This document shows, piece after piece, positions 37,986 to 49,000 of a stretch of 64,000 nt of DNA. This DNA comes from Okamejei kenojei. Its lineage: Eukaryota. The notes under the pieces are model-generated. The model had not been told where the DNA came from and did no database searches. It was given only the letters and a program-made list of their open reading frames with translations. Numbering within the stretch: position 1 is the stretch's first letter; every line of letters begins with the position of its first letter. Position numbers and translations under genes: made by a program. The DNA is taken from positions 43,896,001 through 43,960,000 of the forward strand of contig CM069137.1 of the NCBI GenBank assembly GCA_035221665.1, read 5' to 3'.

Positions 37986-39472
37986 GGAGTGTTTGAGCAG
38001 GGGGTTAGGGGAGTGTGTGCGGAGGGGTAGAGGTATGTGGGTGGGGGGTTATAGGGGCAAGGGGGTTGTGGGAGAGACGTGTGGTGTGGAGGGAGGGCAA
38101 CGAGCATTGTGGAGCCGGGGGGGGGGGGGGGGGGGGCAGGGGGGATGCGGGTGTTAAGGCGAGAGGAGGATTGGAGGTGGGGGGTAGGCGGGGGAAAATT
38201 GTGGGGAGAGAGCAAGGAGAAAAGACGGTGGTCGTGGGGGAGAGGGGGGGTATCATGGGGAGGGGGGCAGGAGCCAGCGGGGGGGACCAGAGAGGATGGG
38301 GCGATGTGGATTCGCAGCAGGCACTGGTCACTGTATGTTCTCCTCCGCCGGGATCAGAGTCCCCGTTTTCCGTTTGGCGACATCTCTGACGCTGACCTGG
38401 GTTGGGCCGCTTCCGGTCCCTCCAAAAATTGTGTCTGGTTGGAGATCTTCGGTGACCTCTCCTGGACCCTGGATCCGATGACCTCTCCTGGACCCACAAC
38501 ACATCCTCGCTGATCAAGAAGGCTCACCAGCATCTTCTTCCTGAGGAGACTTAAGAAGGTCCACCTGTCTCCCCACATTCTGGTGAACTTCTACCGCTGC
38601 AACATCGAGAGCATCCTTACCAACTGCATCACAGTATGGTATGGTAACTGCTCTGTCGCCGACCGGAAAGCTCTGCAAAGGGTGGTGAAAATCACCCAAC
38701 GCATCACAGGCTCCTCACTCCCCTCCATTGAGTCTGTCCATAGTAAACGATGCCTGCGCAGGGCGCATAGCATCGCCAGGGACAGCTCACACCCCAACCA
38801 TAGACTGTTTACCCTCCTCCCATCCAGGAGACGCTACAGGTCCCTCCGCTGCCGTACCAGCAGGCTCAAGAACAGCTTCTTCCATGCGGCTGTCACACTA
38901 CTCAACGCTGCACCTCAATGACTGCCTGTCTCCACCCCTCACCCACCCACCCCCGGACTATCCAATCAACAACAAATTGCACGGATACCACTGGATATGT
39001 ATAGATGTATATACTCATACTACTGCGCAATTACTTGTTTATTCGTAAATTCGCCCTTCGGAGACACCAACTGCATTTCATTGTCTCTGTATTGTACACT
39101 GCACAATGACAATTAAAGATTGAATTGAATTGAACCTTCGCCAGCCACGCAGAGCTTCCCTCAGCTCTAGTAAAGACACGATGGCACAGGAAGGGACTGA
39201 GCCTCCCGCGGAGTGACAGGAAAAAGACCAATCCACGCGGCTCCGACTGGCAGGAGAGTAGATTGATCTGCACATGTGCAATTTTTAAACCTCGCTAACT
39301 TTTACATTAGATCCCCGATCGGAACAGACTTGGTGCAATAGCAGCAGAGGGAAACTGAGTAAGCTGGCGAAAAATAGTTGCGCTCGCGCGTACCGTTTTT
39401 GAGCAAATAGAATGACCGCAAAAAAAGGGGAGATAACAAGATCAGGGTTTTAGTTATGTATAGATAGATAGA
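37986..39472 (-). mobile_element. Helitron-like non-autonomous element, interrupted by a Rex1/Babar fragment
   Basis: Minus-strand head TCTATCTATCTATACATAACTAAAACCCTGATCTTG at 39472. Body is homologous to the adjacent copy and lies in tandem with it. Confidence 0.65.
38444..39134 (+). mobile_element. Rex1/Babar-type LINE 3' fragment
   Basis: FFLRRLKK...NFYRCNIESILTNCITVWYG...RKALQRVV...DSSHPNHRLFTLLPSRRRYR...RLKNSFF. (TTGAA)n tail at 39120-39134. Host ggttgga|aacct is rejoined on removal. Confidence 0.85.
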
Positions 39473-40468
39473 TATAATACACCTTGTTGTTGGCACTTAA
39501 TATTATAAAAGTACTTTATATATAATATTTAAAAAAGTACTTATCTCGATCAAAACAAAATACACAAAGCCATCCTGAATATACCGGAGCAGACATGTCA
39601 CTGAATAATTTTTACCAAAAAATTGTTTTTAATTACAGTGCCCATAATGTTTGGGACAAAGACCCAGCATTTATTTATTTGTCTCTCTACACCACAATTA
39701 GAGATTTGTAATAGAAAAAAATCACATGTGGTTAAAGTGCACATTGTCAGAGTTTAATAAAGGCCATTTTTATACATTTTATTTTCACCATGTAGAGAGC
39801 ACAGCAGTGTTTATACATAGTCATATACATTTTTGCGGCTAACCAGTGTGGATTGCATCTTGCAGTGTAGCCTCTGTATTTCTGTTCATGAAGTCTTCTG
39901 CGGACAATTGTCATTGACAAATCCACACCTGAGCCCTGACGAGTGTTTCTGATCTGTCGGACAGGTGTTTGGGTTTTTTCTTTATTATAGAGAGAATTCT
40001 TCTGTCATCGGCAGTGGAGGTCTTCCTTGGCCTGCCAGTCCCTTTGTGATTAGTAAGCTCACCAGTGCTCTCTTTCTTCTTAATGATGTTCCAAGCAGTC
40101 GATTTTGGTAAGCCTAAGGTTTGGTTGATGTCTAACAGTTTTACTCTTGTTTCTCAGTCTCATAATGGCTTCTTTGACTTTCATTGGCACAACTTTGGCC
40201 CTCATGTTGATTAACTGCAGTAAAAGTTTCCAAAGGTGATGGAAAGACTGGGGGAAAGACTAGGTGCTGAGAGTTCTCTTACAGTACATTCAGAAAGCAT
40301 TCAGACCTCTTCACTTTTTCCACATTTTGTTATGTTACAGCCTTATTCTAAAATGGATTAAATTCTTTTTTTTATCATCAATCTACACACAATACATAAT
40401 AAAAAAGCGAAAACAGGTGTTTAGAAAAATTTGCAAAGTAATTAAAAAGAAATAACTGAAATATCACA

Positions 40469-40807
40469 AGTCCTTCCAGGTCCGACAGAGGTTCACCTGC
40501 ACCTCCTCCAACCTCATCTACTGCATCCGCTGCTCCAGATGCCAGATGATCTATATCGGTGAGACCAAGCGGAGGCTTGGCGATCGTTTCGCCGAACACC
40601 TCCGCTCGGTCCGCAATAACCAAGCCGACCTCCCGGTGGCTCAGCACTTCAACTCCCCCTCCTATCTCTCCACATCACCGTCTATACCTCTCGTTTCCCT
40701 GATCCCTGACCAGTCTGAAGAAGGGTCTCGACCCGAAACGTCGCCTATCTCCTTCGCTCCTTAGATGCTGCTGCACCCGCTGAGTTTCTCCAGCCTTTTG
40801 TGTACCC
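40469..40807 (+). mobile_element. Penelope-like fragment (GIY-YIG piece plus pseudo-LTR) inserted in the Tc1-B left TIR
   Basis: RFTCTSSNLIYCIRCSRCQMIYIGETKRRLGDRFAEH followed by a hammerhead unit. Interrupts aatatcaca|(tt)tacata, compared with the right TIR. Confidence 0.88.
40711..40746 (+). ncRNA. Minimal type I hammerhead ribozyme motif (Penelope-associated)
   Basis: CTGAAGA-a-GGGTC-tc-GACCC-GAAACGTC: intact core, stem II, palindromic ACGT in place of stem III, GUC triplet ending at 40742. Stem I pairing is weak. Confidence 0.7.
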
Positions 40808-43532
40808 TACATAAATATTCAGGCCCTTTGCTATGACACTCAAAATTGAGCTTCGGTGCATCCTGTTTCCATTGATTATCCTTGAGGTGTTTCTACAAGT
40901 TGATTGTAGTTCACAAGTGGTAAATTAAATTGATTGGACAAGATTTGGAAAGGCACACACCTGTCTATATAAAGTCCCGCAGTTTATAGTGCATGTTAGA
41001 GCAAAAACCAAGCCATGAAGATGATGGAATTGTTCGTAGACCTCCGAAACAGGATTGTGTCGAGACATAGATCTGGGGAAGGGTATAAAACAATTTCTGC
41101 AGCATTGCAGGTCCCGAAGAGCCTCTGTCATTCTTAAATGGAAGAACTTTGAAACCACCAGGTCTCTTCATAGAGCTGGCCGCCCAGCGAAACTGAGCAA
41201 TCGGGGGAGAAGCGCCTTGGTCAGGAAGGTGACCAAGAACCTGATGGTCACTCTGACAGAGCTCCAGAATTCCAATGTGGAGATGGGAGAAACTTCCAGA
41301 AGGACAACTATATCTGCAACACTCCACCATTCAGGCCTTTATGGTGAAGTGGCCAGATGGAAGCCACTCTTCAGTAAAAGACACATGACAGCCCGCTTGG
41401 AGTTTGCCAAAAGGCGCCTAAACAAAATTCTCTGGTCTGCTGAAACCAAAATTGAACTCTTTGGCCTGAATGCCAAGTGTCAGGTCTGGATGAAACCAGG
41501 CACCGCTCATCATCTGCCCAATACCATACCTACGGTGAAGCGTGGTGGCAGCATCATGCTGTGGGGATGTTTTTCAGCGGCAGGAACTGGGAGATTAGTC
41601 ATAATCGAGGGAATGGAGCAAAATACAGAGAGATCCTTGATGAAAATCTGCTCCAGAGCATTCAAGCCCTCAGACTGGGGCAGAGGTTCGCCTTCCAACA
41701 GGACAACGACCCTAAACAAACAGCCAAAACAACGCAGGAGTGGCTTTGTGGCAAGTCTGTGAATGTCCTTGCATGACCCAGCCAGAGCCCGGACTTGAAC
41801 CCGATCGAATATCTCTGGAGGGACCTGAAAATAGCTGTGCATTGACACTCCCCATCCAACCTGACAGAGCTTGAGAGGATCTGCAGAGAAGAATGGGAGA
41901 AATTACCGAAACCCAGCTGTGCCAAGCTTGTAGCGTCATACCCAAGAAGACTTGAGGCTGTAATCACTGCCAAAGGTGCCTCAACAAAGTAGAGTCTGAA
42001 TACTTATGTAAATGTGATATTTCAGTTATTTCTTATTAATTACTTTGCTAAAATTTCTAAACACATGTTTTCGTTTTTTTATTATGGGGTATTGTGTATA
42101 GATTGATTTTTAAAAATTAATCCGTTTTAGAATAAGGCTGTAACGTAACAAAATGTGGGAAAAGTGAAGGGATCTGAATGCACTGTATACCAACATTAAG
42201 GAAGCAATTAAGCACCTGAGCAATACAAACGCCTGTGAAGCCATGTGTCCCAAACATTATGGTGCCCTGAAATGGGGGGACTATGTATAAACACAGCCGT
42301 AATTTCTACATGGTGAAACCAATAGGTAAAAAAATACCCTTTAATAAAATCTGACAATGTACACTTTAACCACATGTGATTTTTTTTTTTTCTATTACAA
42401 ATCTCAAATTGTTGAGTACAGAGTCAAATAAAAAAATGGTGGGTCTTTGTCCCAAACATGGAGGGCACTGTATAACCTTTATTATGAAGGAAAGAGATGC
42501 ATTTGAGGTGGTCAGATACCTCATCTAGACAGGCAAGAGTATGATAAAGGGGAATTTTTTTATCCCTGCATCTACCTAGTCAAACCCTATAAGAATTTTG
42601 GATCTTCAAATGAGACTTGATCTCTCTGACAGTAAATGTGCCATCCAAGGAATCAATCTGGTGAATCAGTAAAGGTTTAACAAAAACATAGTTTTAAAGT
42701 TCCCTGCTTGATTAGCACATATTCAACTGAAAGTATAAAGCTTCATGAAGCTTTTTAAGATGTACCCAGTATTACCTCACTCTTTTCTCTCCCAATTAAT
42801 ATGCTTTTTTTAATCTTGCAGGCAAAACATTCATTGCATTTAGGGAATGCCACTGGTAGATTTAAGATTGAGTTATATATTTTGTTTATAACAAATATAC
42901 TTGCAAATATATTCTTCCTCATTTAAGCAAATTAGACCTATTTGCAATATTTCAAATGTGATCTTGCTTAGGTTTTTTATGAGTGAAACAAGGTCTGCTA
43001 TTTTATCCTCTTGCAATAAAAAAACAACCTACTGGCTGCCTCCACAATTCCTCGTACTATGTGTTCTTATTTTTTTCTACCAAAGTGGATGACCTTACAC
43101 TTTCCTAGATTACATGCTATCTGCTTCTCATCCTTGTCCTTCACTAACCTGAAATGCCCCTTCATCCTCTTCACAGCCCAATGTGAATCCTGTTTAGTAA
43201 AATAAACAAACATGGATATTTTACAGTTGATTTCCTTATCACAATCATTCATAAAGTTTGTGAACAGCTTGCGTATCAACACTTGCTGACTCCCAAACCA
43301 AAAATGTCAGTTTCAGCAAGTTTTCTTTCAGACACAGTGCAGAAACAAGGAACTGAAACTTTCAGTCTGGGCTTCATCCTCATGATCAAATTCATATATG
43401 TGTATCGGAAAATTGTTGGTTCAAGTCCCACTGCTAGAATTACAACACAAAATGTAAATTAAGACAGGGGTACACAAAAGGCTGGAGAAACTCAGCGGGT
43501 GCAGCAGCATCTAAGGAGCGAATGAGATAGGC

Positions 43533-43560
43533 GACGTTTCGAGTCGAGACCCTTCTTCAG
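43533..43560 (-). ncRNA. Minimal hammerhead motif
   Basis: Minus strand CTGAAGAAGGGTCTCGACTCGAAACGTC; stem II is kept with a G-U pair. Confidence 0.65.
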
Positions 43561-43821
43561 ACTGGTCAGGGATCAGGGAAACGAGCGATATAGACGGTGA
43601 TGTGGAGAGATAAAGAACAATGAATGAAAGATATGCAAGAAAGTATCAATGATAAAGGGAACAAGCCATTGTAAGCTGTTTGTGGTATGAAAATGAGAAG
43701 CTGGTGCGACTAGGGTGGGGTGTTAACGAAGAAACTGCAGATGCTGGAGAATCGAGGGTTACACAAAAAGCTGGAGAAACTCAGCGGGTGCAGCAGCATC
43801 TAAGGAGCGAAGGAGATGGGC

Positions 43822-43849
43822 GACGTTTCGGGTCGAGACCCTTCTTCAG
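43822..43849 (-). ncRNA. Minimal hammerhead motif
   Basis: Minus strand CTGAAGAAGGGTCTCGACCCGAAACGTC, intact core. Confidence 0.7.
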
Positions 43850-45564
43850 ACTAGGGTGGGGGAGGGCAATAGAGAGAGAGGGAATGCCAGGGCCTGAGGG
43901 CTGAGGGAGAGGTGGGAAGGGAGAGACAGCAAGGGTTAACAGAATTGAGAAAATTCAATGTTCAAGCCCAAAGGATGCAGACTCCCCAAGCGGAATATGA
44001 GGTGCTGTTCCTCCAACTTGCAGTGTTGCTCACTCTGGCCGTGGAGGAGGCCCAGGACCGAGAGGTCAGATGCGGAATGGGAGGGGGAGTTGAAGTGCTG
44101 AGCCACCTGGAGGTCGGGTTGGTTAATGCGGACCGTAGCGGAGGTGTTCGGCGAAACGGTCGCCAAGCCTCCGCTTGGTCTCACCGATATAGATCATCTG
44201 GCATCTGGAGCAGCGGATGCAGTAGATGAGGTTGGAGGAGGTGCAGGTGAACCTCTGTCGGACCTGGAAGGACTGCTTGGGTCCCTGAAAGGAGTGGAGG
44301 GGGGAGGTGAAGGGACAAGTGTAGCATTTCTTGTGGTTGCCAGGGAAAGTACCCGGGGAAGGGGTAGAGCGGGAGGGAAGGGAAGAATTGACAAGGGAGT
44401 TGCAGAGGGAGCGGTCTTTGCGGAAGGCAGACAGGGGGGGAGATGGGAAGATGTGGCGAGTGGAGGGGTCACGTTGGAGGTGGCGAAACTGGCGAACCTT
44501 CAGGGCAGAATTGTTGGAGGTTATGATTTTCAGATAAGATGCAAAATTGTCCACAGGTGGATGTAAATGTTTCTTGCATCACAACGTGACGGTGTTTCAA
44601 AAGTACTTAATTGGCTACAAAGTCTCTTCATTTTTGTTAACTTGCATGCTACTTTCATGAGTAAATGAATGGAAGGCTATTGTCTTACTGAGTTAATGCA
44701 ACCTGCGGTTTAATCAAATTTCATTGTAGTCAATTATTTTTGTGACTGTTCACATACGTGTTTGTTTTGCTCTTGTCATTTAAAAAATGAAGAATATGTG
44801 CACCCTACTTGCTCCAGTTTCCTAAGTTTATTTTCAAATAAAAATGAAAAGAGATCGAAAAGCTGAAGATAAATAGTGTTAAACACAGCACCTGTATGAC
44901 ACCTGTAAAGTGCCAGATATTTTAACTCAATCGGCTCTCCATGCAGTGTGTTTAGCTGAATCAATAGAAACTTTTCTATTCTATGGTGAATACTTCACAT
45001 GTGTTGTAGGCTCATGAAACCCATTAGCAGCAAAACCAAAGCTGCCGTACCCTTGAATATGTATTTACTTCCTTTGAGGAAAACAAAATTGTTAGCCATG
45101 AGAATATTGCAGTCAAAAATGGGATACCACCTGTATCATTTGTATTTCACGGGACCTTTACTGTCTCTACTAGACAAACAAAATATTTTAAAGTATGTGG
45201 TTAGCATATATGTGTACATCTGTCAAAGGGATCCACTGACTACTGAGAAAACAACAATCTTCATTTTGCAAAGATGAAGTGTCTCCAGTTCCTAGTCAGT
45301 GAAGAAGCAACTACAATGTTAAATTCTGGCAGCTGTGCCATTCCTTTGAAGTAGAAAAATATACTGGAGTGAATGCTGGAGAAACTCAGCGGGTCAGGCA
45401 TCATCTCTGAAAGACATGGTCAGGACTTTTGGTAAACCAGCATCTGCTGTTCCTTGTATCTCCATTGCTTTGAAATGAACACTTTGATGTTAATTTTTGA
45501 GGTCCATTGTTCTACCAGAAGAGTTAGGATAGCCATACTTGGCTGTGATTTGAACACATGCCAC

Positions 45565-45957
45565 TGCCGGTGGTGGGGGAGATGGTAGACAAGTTACTGT
45601 GAGGAGGGGAGAGAGGAGTTTGAGAGTGAGGCAGGAGAGACCTGCGGTGCAGGAAGGGGCGTCGCCATCCCGGCCGTGGAGTTGACTGACAGAAGAGGAG
45701 ACCAATTTGCATGACGCTGACTGACAGGAGAAGAGACCAATCTGAGCATGTGCAGTTTTTAAGATTTATAAAACTTAATAACTTTTAAAATATACCATCG
45801 ATCGGAACAAAACTTGTTGCACTTGTAGCACAGGAGAATGGTGAGTACGGTGGTGAAAAATCGCAGCGCTATCGTTTACCGTTTTTGCACAAATAGAAAA
45901 ACCACGCAAACCGGAAGAGCACAAGATCAGAGTTTTAGTTATGTATGGATAGATAGA
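45565..45957 (-). mobile_element. Helitron-like non-autonomous element, 5' portion
   Basis: Minus-strand head TCTATCTATCCATACATAACTAAAACTCTGATCTTG, homologous to the heads at 39472 and 54830. Confidence 0.65.
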
Positions 45958-45959
45958 TG

Positions 45960-46027
45960 TACAGGGTAGGTTTTCTGCAGAGAGTGGTTGGTGTCTGGAA
46001 CACGCTGCAACAAGTTGAAGCAGATAG
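45960..46027 (+). mobile_element. CR1 3' fragment, left half (split by DIRS)
   Basis: cagagagtggttggtgtctggaacacgctgc...gaagcagatag continues at 50840 as ggtgtttaagatgcttttagataggcacatggatatgc. Confidence 0.7.
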
Positions 46028-49000
46028 AATAGTAAGATTAAACGAGAACTTACCAGTTCGAAGTTTGATCGTTATTTTATGAGGAGTTACGATGAGGGAT
46101 TACGTGAAGAACCCGCCTGGCGCTGGCAAACGGCATACTTCAAAGCAGCGGCATGAAAAACACAGAACACAAAAATAGCCGAAGTAACATAGTAAGGCTC
46201 ATAATAGACTTAGAACTACCAGATGATCATTTATTTTATGAGGGTGGGGAGTGGAGGGCACATAATCCTCAACGTAACTCCTCATAAAATAACGATCAAA
46301 CTTCGAACTGGTAAGTTCTCGTTTAATCTTACTATTTTACTTCGGAGTCACGTGAGTGACTACGTGAAGAGTTTTAAAGCTTTCTGTGTTTTTTGTGTCG
46401 TAGAATTTATTCCATACGACAGTACGGCTCATTAACACAATAACGAGCGAATAACACATTTTCCCCAAACATTGCCTCAAGTTATGTGATAAATAATTTT
46501 CACATTATAAAAAATGAAAATAATGCCCTTTCTATTGAAAAGCAAATTTATCACAAATACCAATTGATATATATTTTTTATGGCATGACAAAGCAACAAT
46601 TATAGCGAACCGAACATTGCGTGTCTAAATCTGACACCATGACTGGTTCCTTTATTTTAACAGTAATCTACAGCCTCCTGCGGCCTGTGCCATTCCTGTG
46701 AATGTATTTTCCTCATTAACAGAGTGATTTTCCACCTTTCAGTGTCTAGTTCCTACTGAATGTATCCAATTATTAACCATCTAGAAATACATTCCTCTAT
46801 AACCATCAGTTTTACTGAACCCAATGTGGTTTTTGTGTGTAATAAGCAGTCTCATTGCCACAGACTCTTACCTACTGCAACATTTTCATCAATGTTCACA
46901 CACACACACACACACACACACACTTAAAGCCAGCAGGATGTGCTTATAGGTTTACCTTGGTTTTTGTTTTCAGGTCTTCTTGGCGTGCTTTGTTTGGTAG
47001 ATTCATAAACATATATGATAATGCAATTTGTATCCACATGCCATTATAACGTAACATTTGCAATGTTTGCACTCTTATATTGATACTAAAGTTATCAGAA
47101 TTATTATTTTTCAATGTTTAAAGTGTTTAATCATAGATAGAGTTAAAGTCCATTTCTTAAGGCATTTCAGATTTTTTATCTCCTGCCTTTATATTTTTTA
47201 CAATTTTGGACAGATTATNNNNNNNNNNNNNNNNNNNNNNNNNNNNNNNNNNNNNNNNNNNNNNNNNNNNNNNNNNNNNNNNNNNNNNNNNNNNNNNNNN
47301 NNNNNNNNNNNNNNNNNNNNNNNNNNNNNNNNNNNNNNNNNNNNNNNNNNNNNNNNNNNNATATATCCCTTTCCATATTGGGATATTATGAATGCATCTG
47401 ATAACTTCTTGGTTAATATATTATCCGTTTATAAGACGGTAACACTCTGAGCCCTATAATTGGCTCTATCAATTAGATACTTAGAAAATGCAATCCACAA
47501 GGAATTCACATATATCTAAATGGAAAAAATAACTTTCCTGTATATACAGACCTCCAATTTCTTATAACAAAATATAGTTATTTATACTTATTTCCGCAAA
47601 TTGCAGGTATAACACTTCTTTATACATAATTATTTTATTGATATATCGTAATATTGGTTTACATTCATAGACTTCTTTGACCATCAGCTGTTGAGATGGT
47701 CTAGTCAACCTGTAGATAGTCAAATTCATATTTTCACTTATGAAGGTTTTTGTACAACAATAAATTACTGCAGGGTTTCTCAACCTGGAGATCCCAGTAG
47801 GTGCAGCAGCATCCAAAGAAACAAAGGGAGACAGGCAACGACCTAGGTCGAGGCCCCTTTTTTGACCAATAAATTACTGCCATTATGAATCATTACTAGC
47901 AGTTCAAAATCACACAATATAAATGAACCATAAAGGACCCATATTGGGCCACCAAAATGCCTCTGGCAGTGTCCTGCTACATATTCATCAGACACTGCCC
48001 TATTAAACAAAATGAGAACACAAAGAATCTTTTCCTCATGTAATTTGGAGAAAAGCATCCACCTTCACTGTTCTTAGATTACCCACAAGAATATTCGAAA
48101 GATCAGTGATTTAATCTGTATGCAATCAGATTAATCGTAAGTAATCCATATTAATGACAATATGTTTTTCTTCCCAAATTTGTTCTCTTCCGATACCATT
48201 GTCTCTTCCTTAGAGATAAACAGGTGGACTAACTTAAACATACCACATCTGTTTACTTAGATAATCCCATAATTGTTGTTTGACTTATCTTGTGACCCAC
48301 AAGAAATATTTAAAATCAGTGATTTAATCTGTATACAACCAGATTAATCGTAAGTATGCAAAATAATGACAATATATTTTCCTCCCAAATTTGAACCATA
48401 GTTAACATATGCCACAGCCGTGGTATTGTTCATCTTGATACGACATGGCCAGTTCCATAATAAAAACAATCGATCTTTTTATCCATAACTCCTTATACTT
48501 CAACAATTAATACGAATGTTTGGAAAATTTCTTAGGACAAACCATTTATGTTTGCCTGTACAATTATTGTTATAAGAATAGATAATATTCTTATCTTTAC
48601 CCAAACATTCACAGAAGCTGTACATCATCTGTAACACTTGCTTCAGTTGTAATTTTATAGTTGAAGCAGCTTATGAATCTTTTTTACATTACTAATAATA
48701 ACGTATCATTTGATATTTTGCATAAGCCTCTTCACAAGGCATACATATTCTATAAGCTTCTGTATTCCTTCTTTTGGAACTTTATTTATATTTTCCCCTA
48801 ACCTAATGGAGGAACAAAGTATGTCAACAACAATAATACATATTTGTATCATGGAACAATTTTCCCCACTCTTATGGTGCTTAAATTACTTCTGAATTCA
48901 GAATAGTAATTTAAAAATATTTTATTAATGCCTGAGCATATGCTTTATGTAATGGGTCAAGTCCTACCTTCCACCAGGTTTGTAATGGCAGGCACTAATT

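Larger units (their letters stand above)
40282..42185 (+). mobile_element. Tc1 family B DNA transposon, defective
   Basis: TA TSD at 40280-40281 and 42186-42187. TIRs of about 200 bp (cagtacattcagaaagcattcagacc / tctgaatgcactg). Transposase with [38 protein letters not shown]. Confidence 0.92.
39636..42470 (-). mobile_element. Tc1 family A, internally deleted copy hosting a second Tc1
   Basis: TA|cagtgcccataatgtttgggacaaagac...gtcccaaacatggagggcactg|TA. Only the N-terminal part of the transposase is retained (39840-40206, minus strand). Confidence 0.88.
43468..44490 (-). mobile_element. Penelope-like element 3' part (GIY-YIG plus pseudo-LTR with two hammerhead units)
   Basis: FRHLQRDPSTRHIF...CYTC...RFTCTSSNLIYCIRC...YIGET...VAQHFN...LEEQHLIFRLG...GLN. 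Nearly identical to 40469-40807 where they overlap. Confidence 0.9.

Noticed and set aside
36716-38517. Long Pro/Gly-rich ORFs (also 51485-53877, 55056-55637, 9082-9556)
   Set aside because: Low-complexity G/C runs in non-autonomous repeats lack stop codons by composition. There are no domain motifs and ORFs overlap in many frames.
46028-46336. Stand-alone MITE or miRNA hairpin
   Set aside because: The inverted repeat is explained by the DIRS terminus/ICR pairing, because the ICR continues into sequence complementary to the far end at 50800-50839.
46897-46923. (CA)n microsatellite
   Set aside because: Ordinary simple repeat with no further significance.
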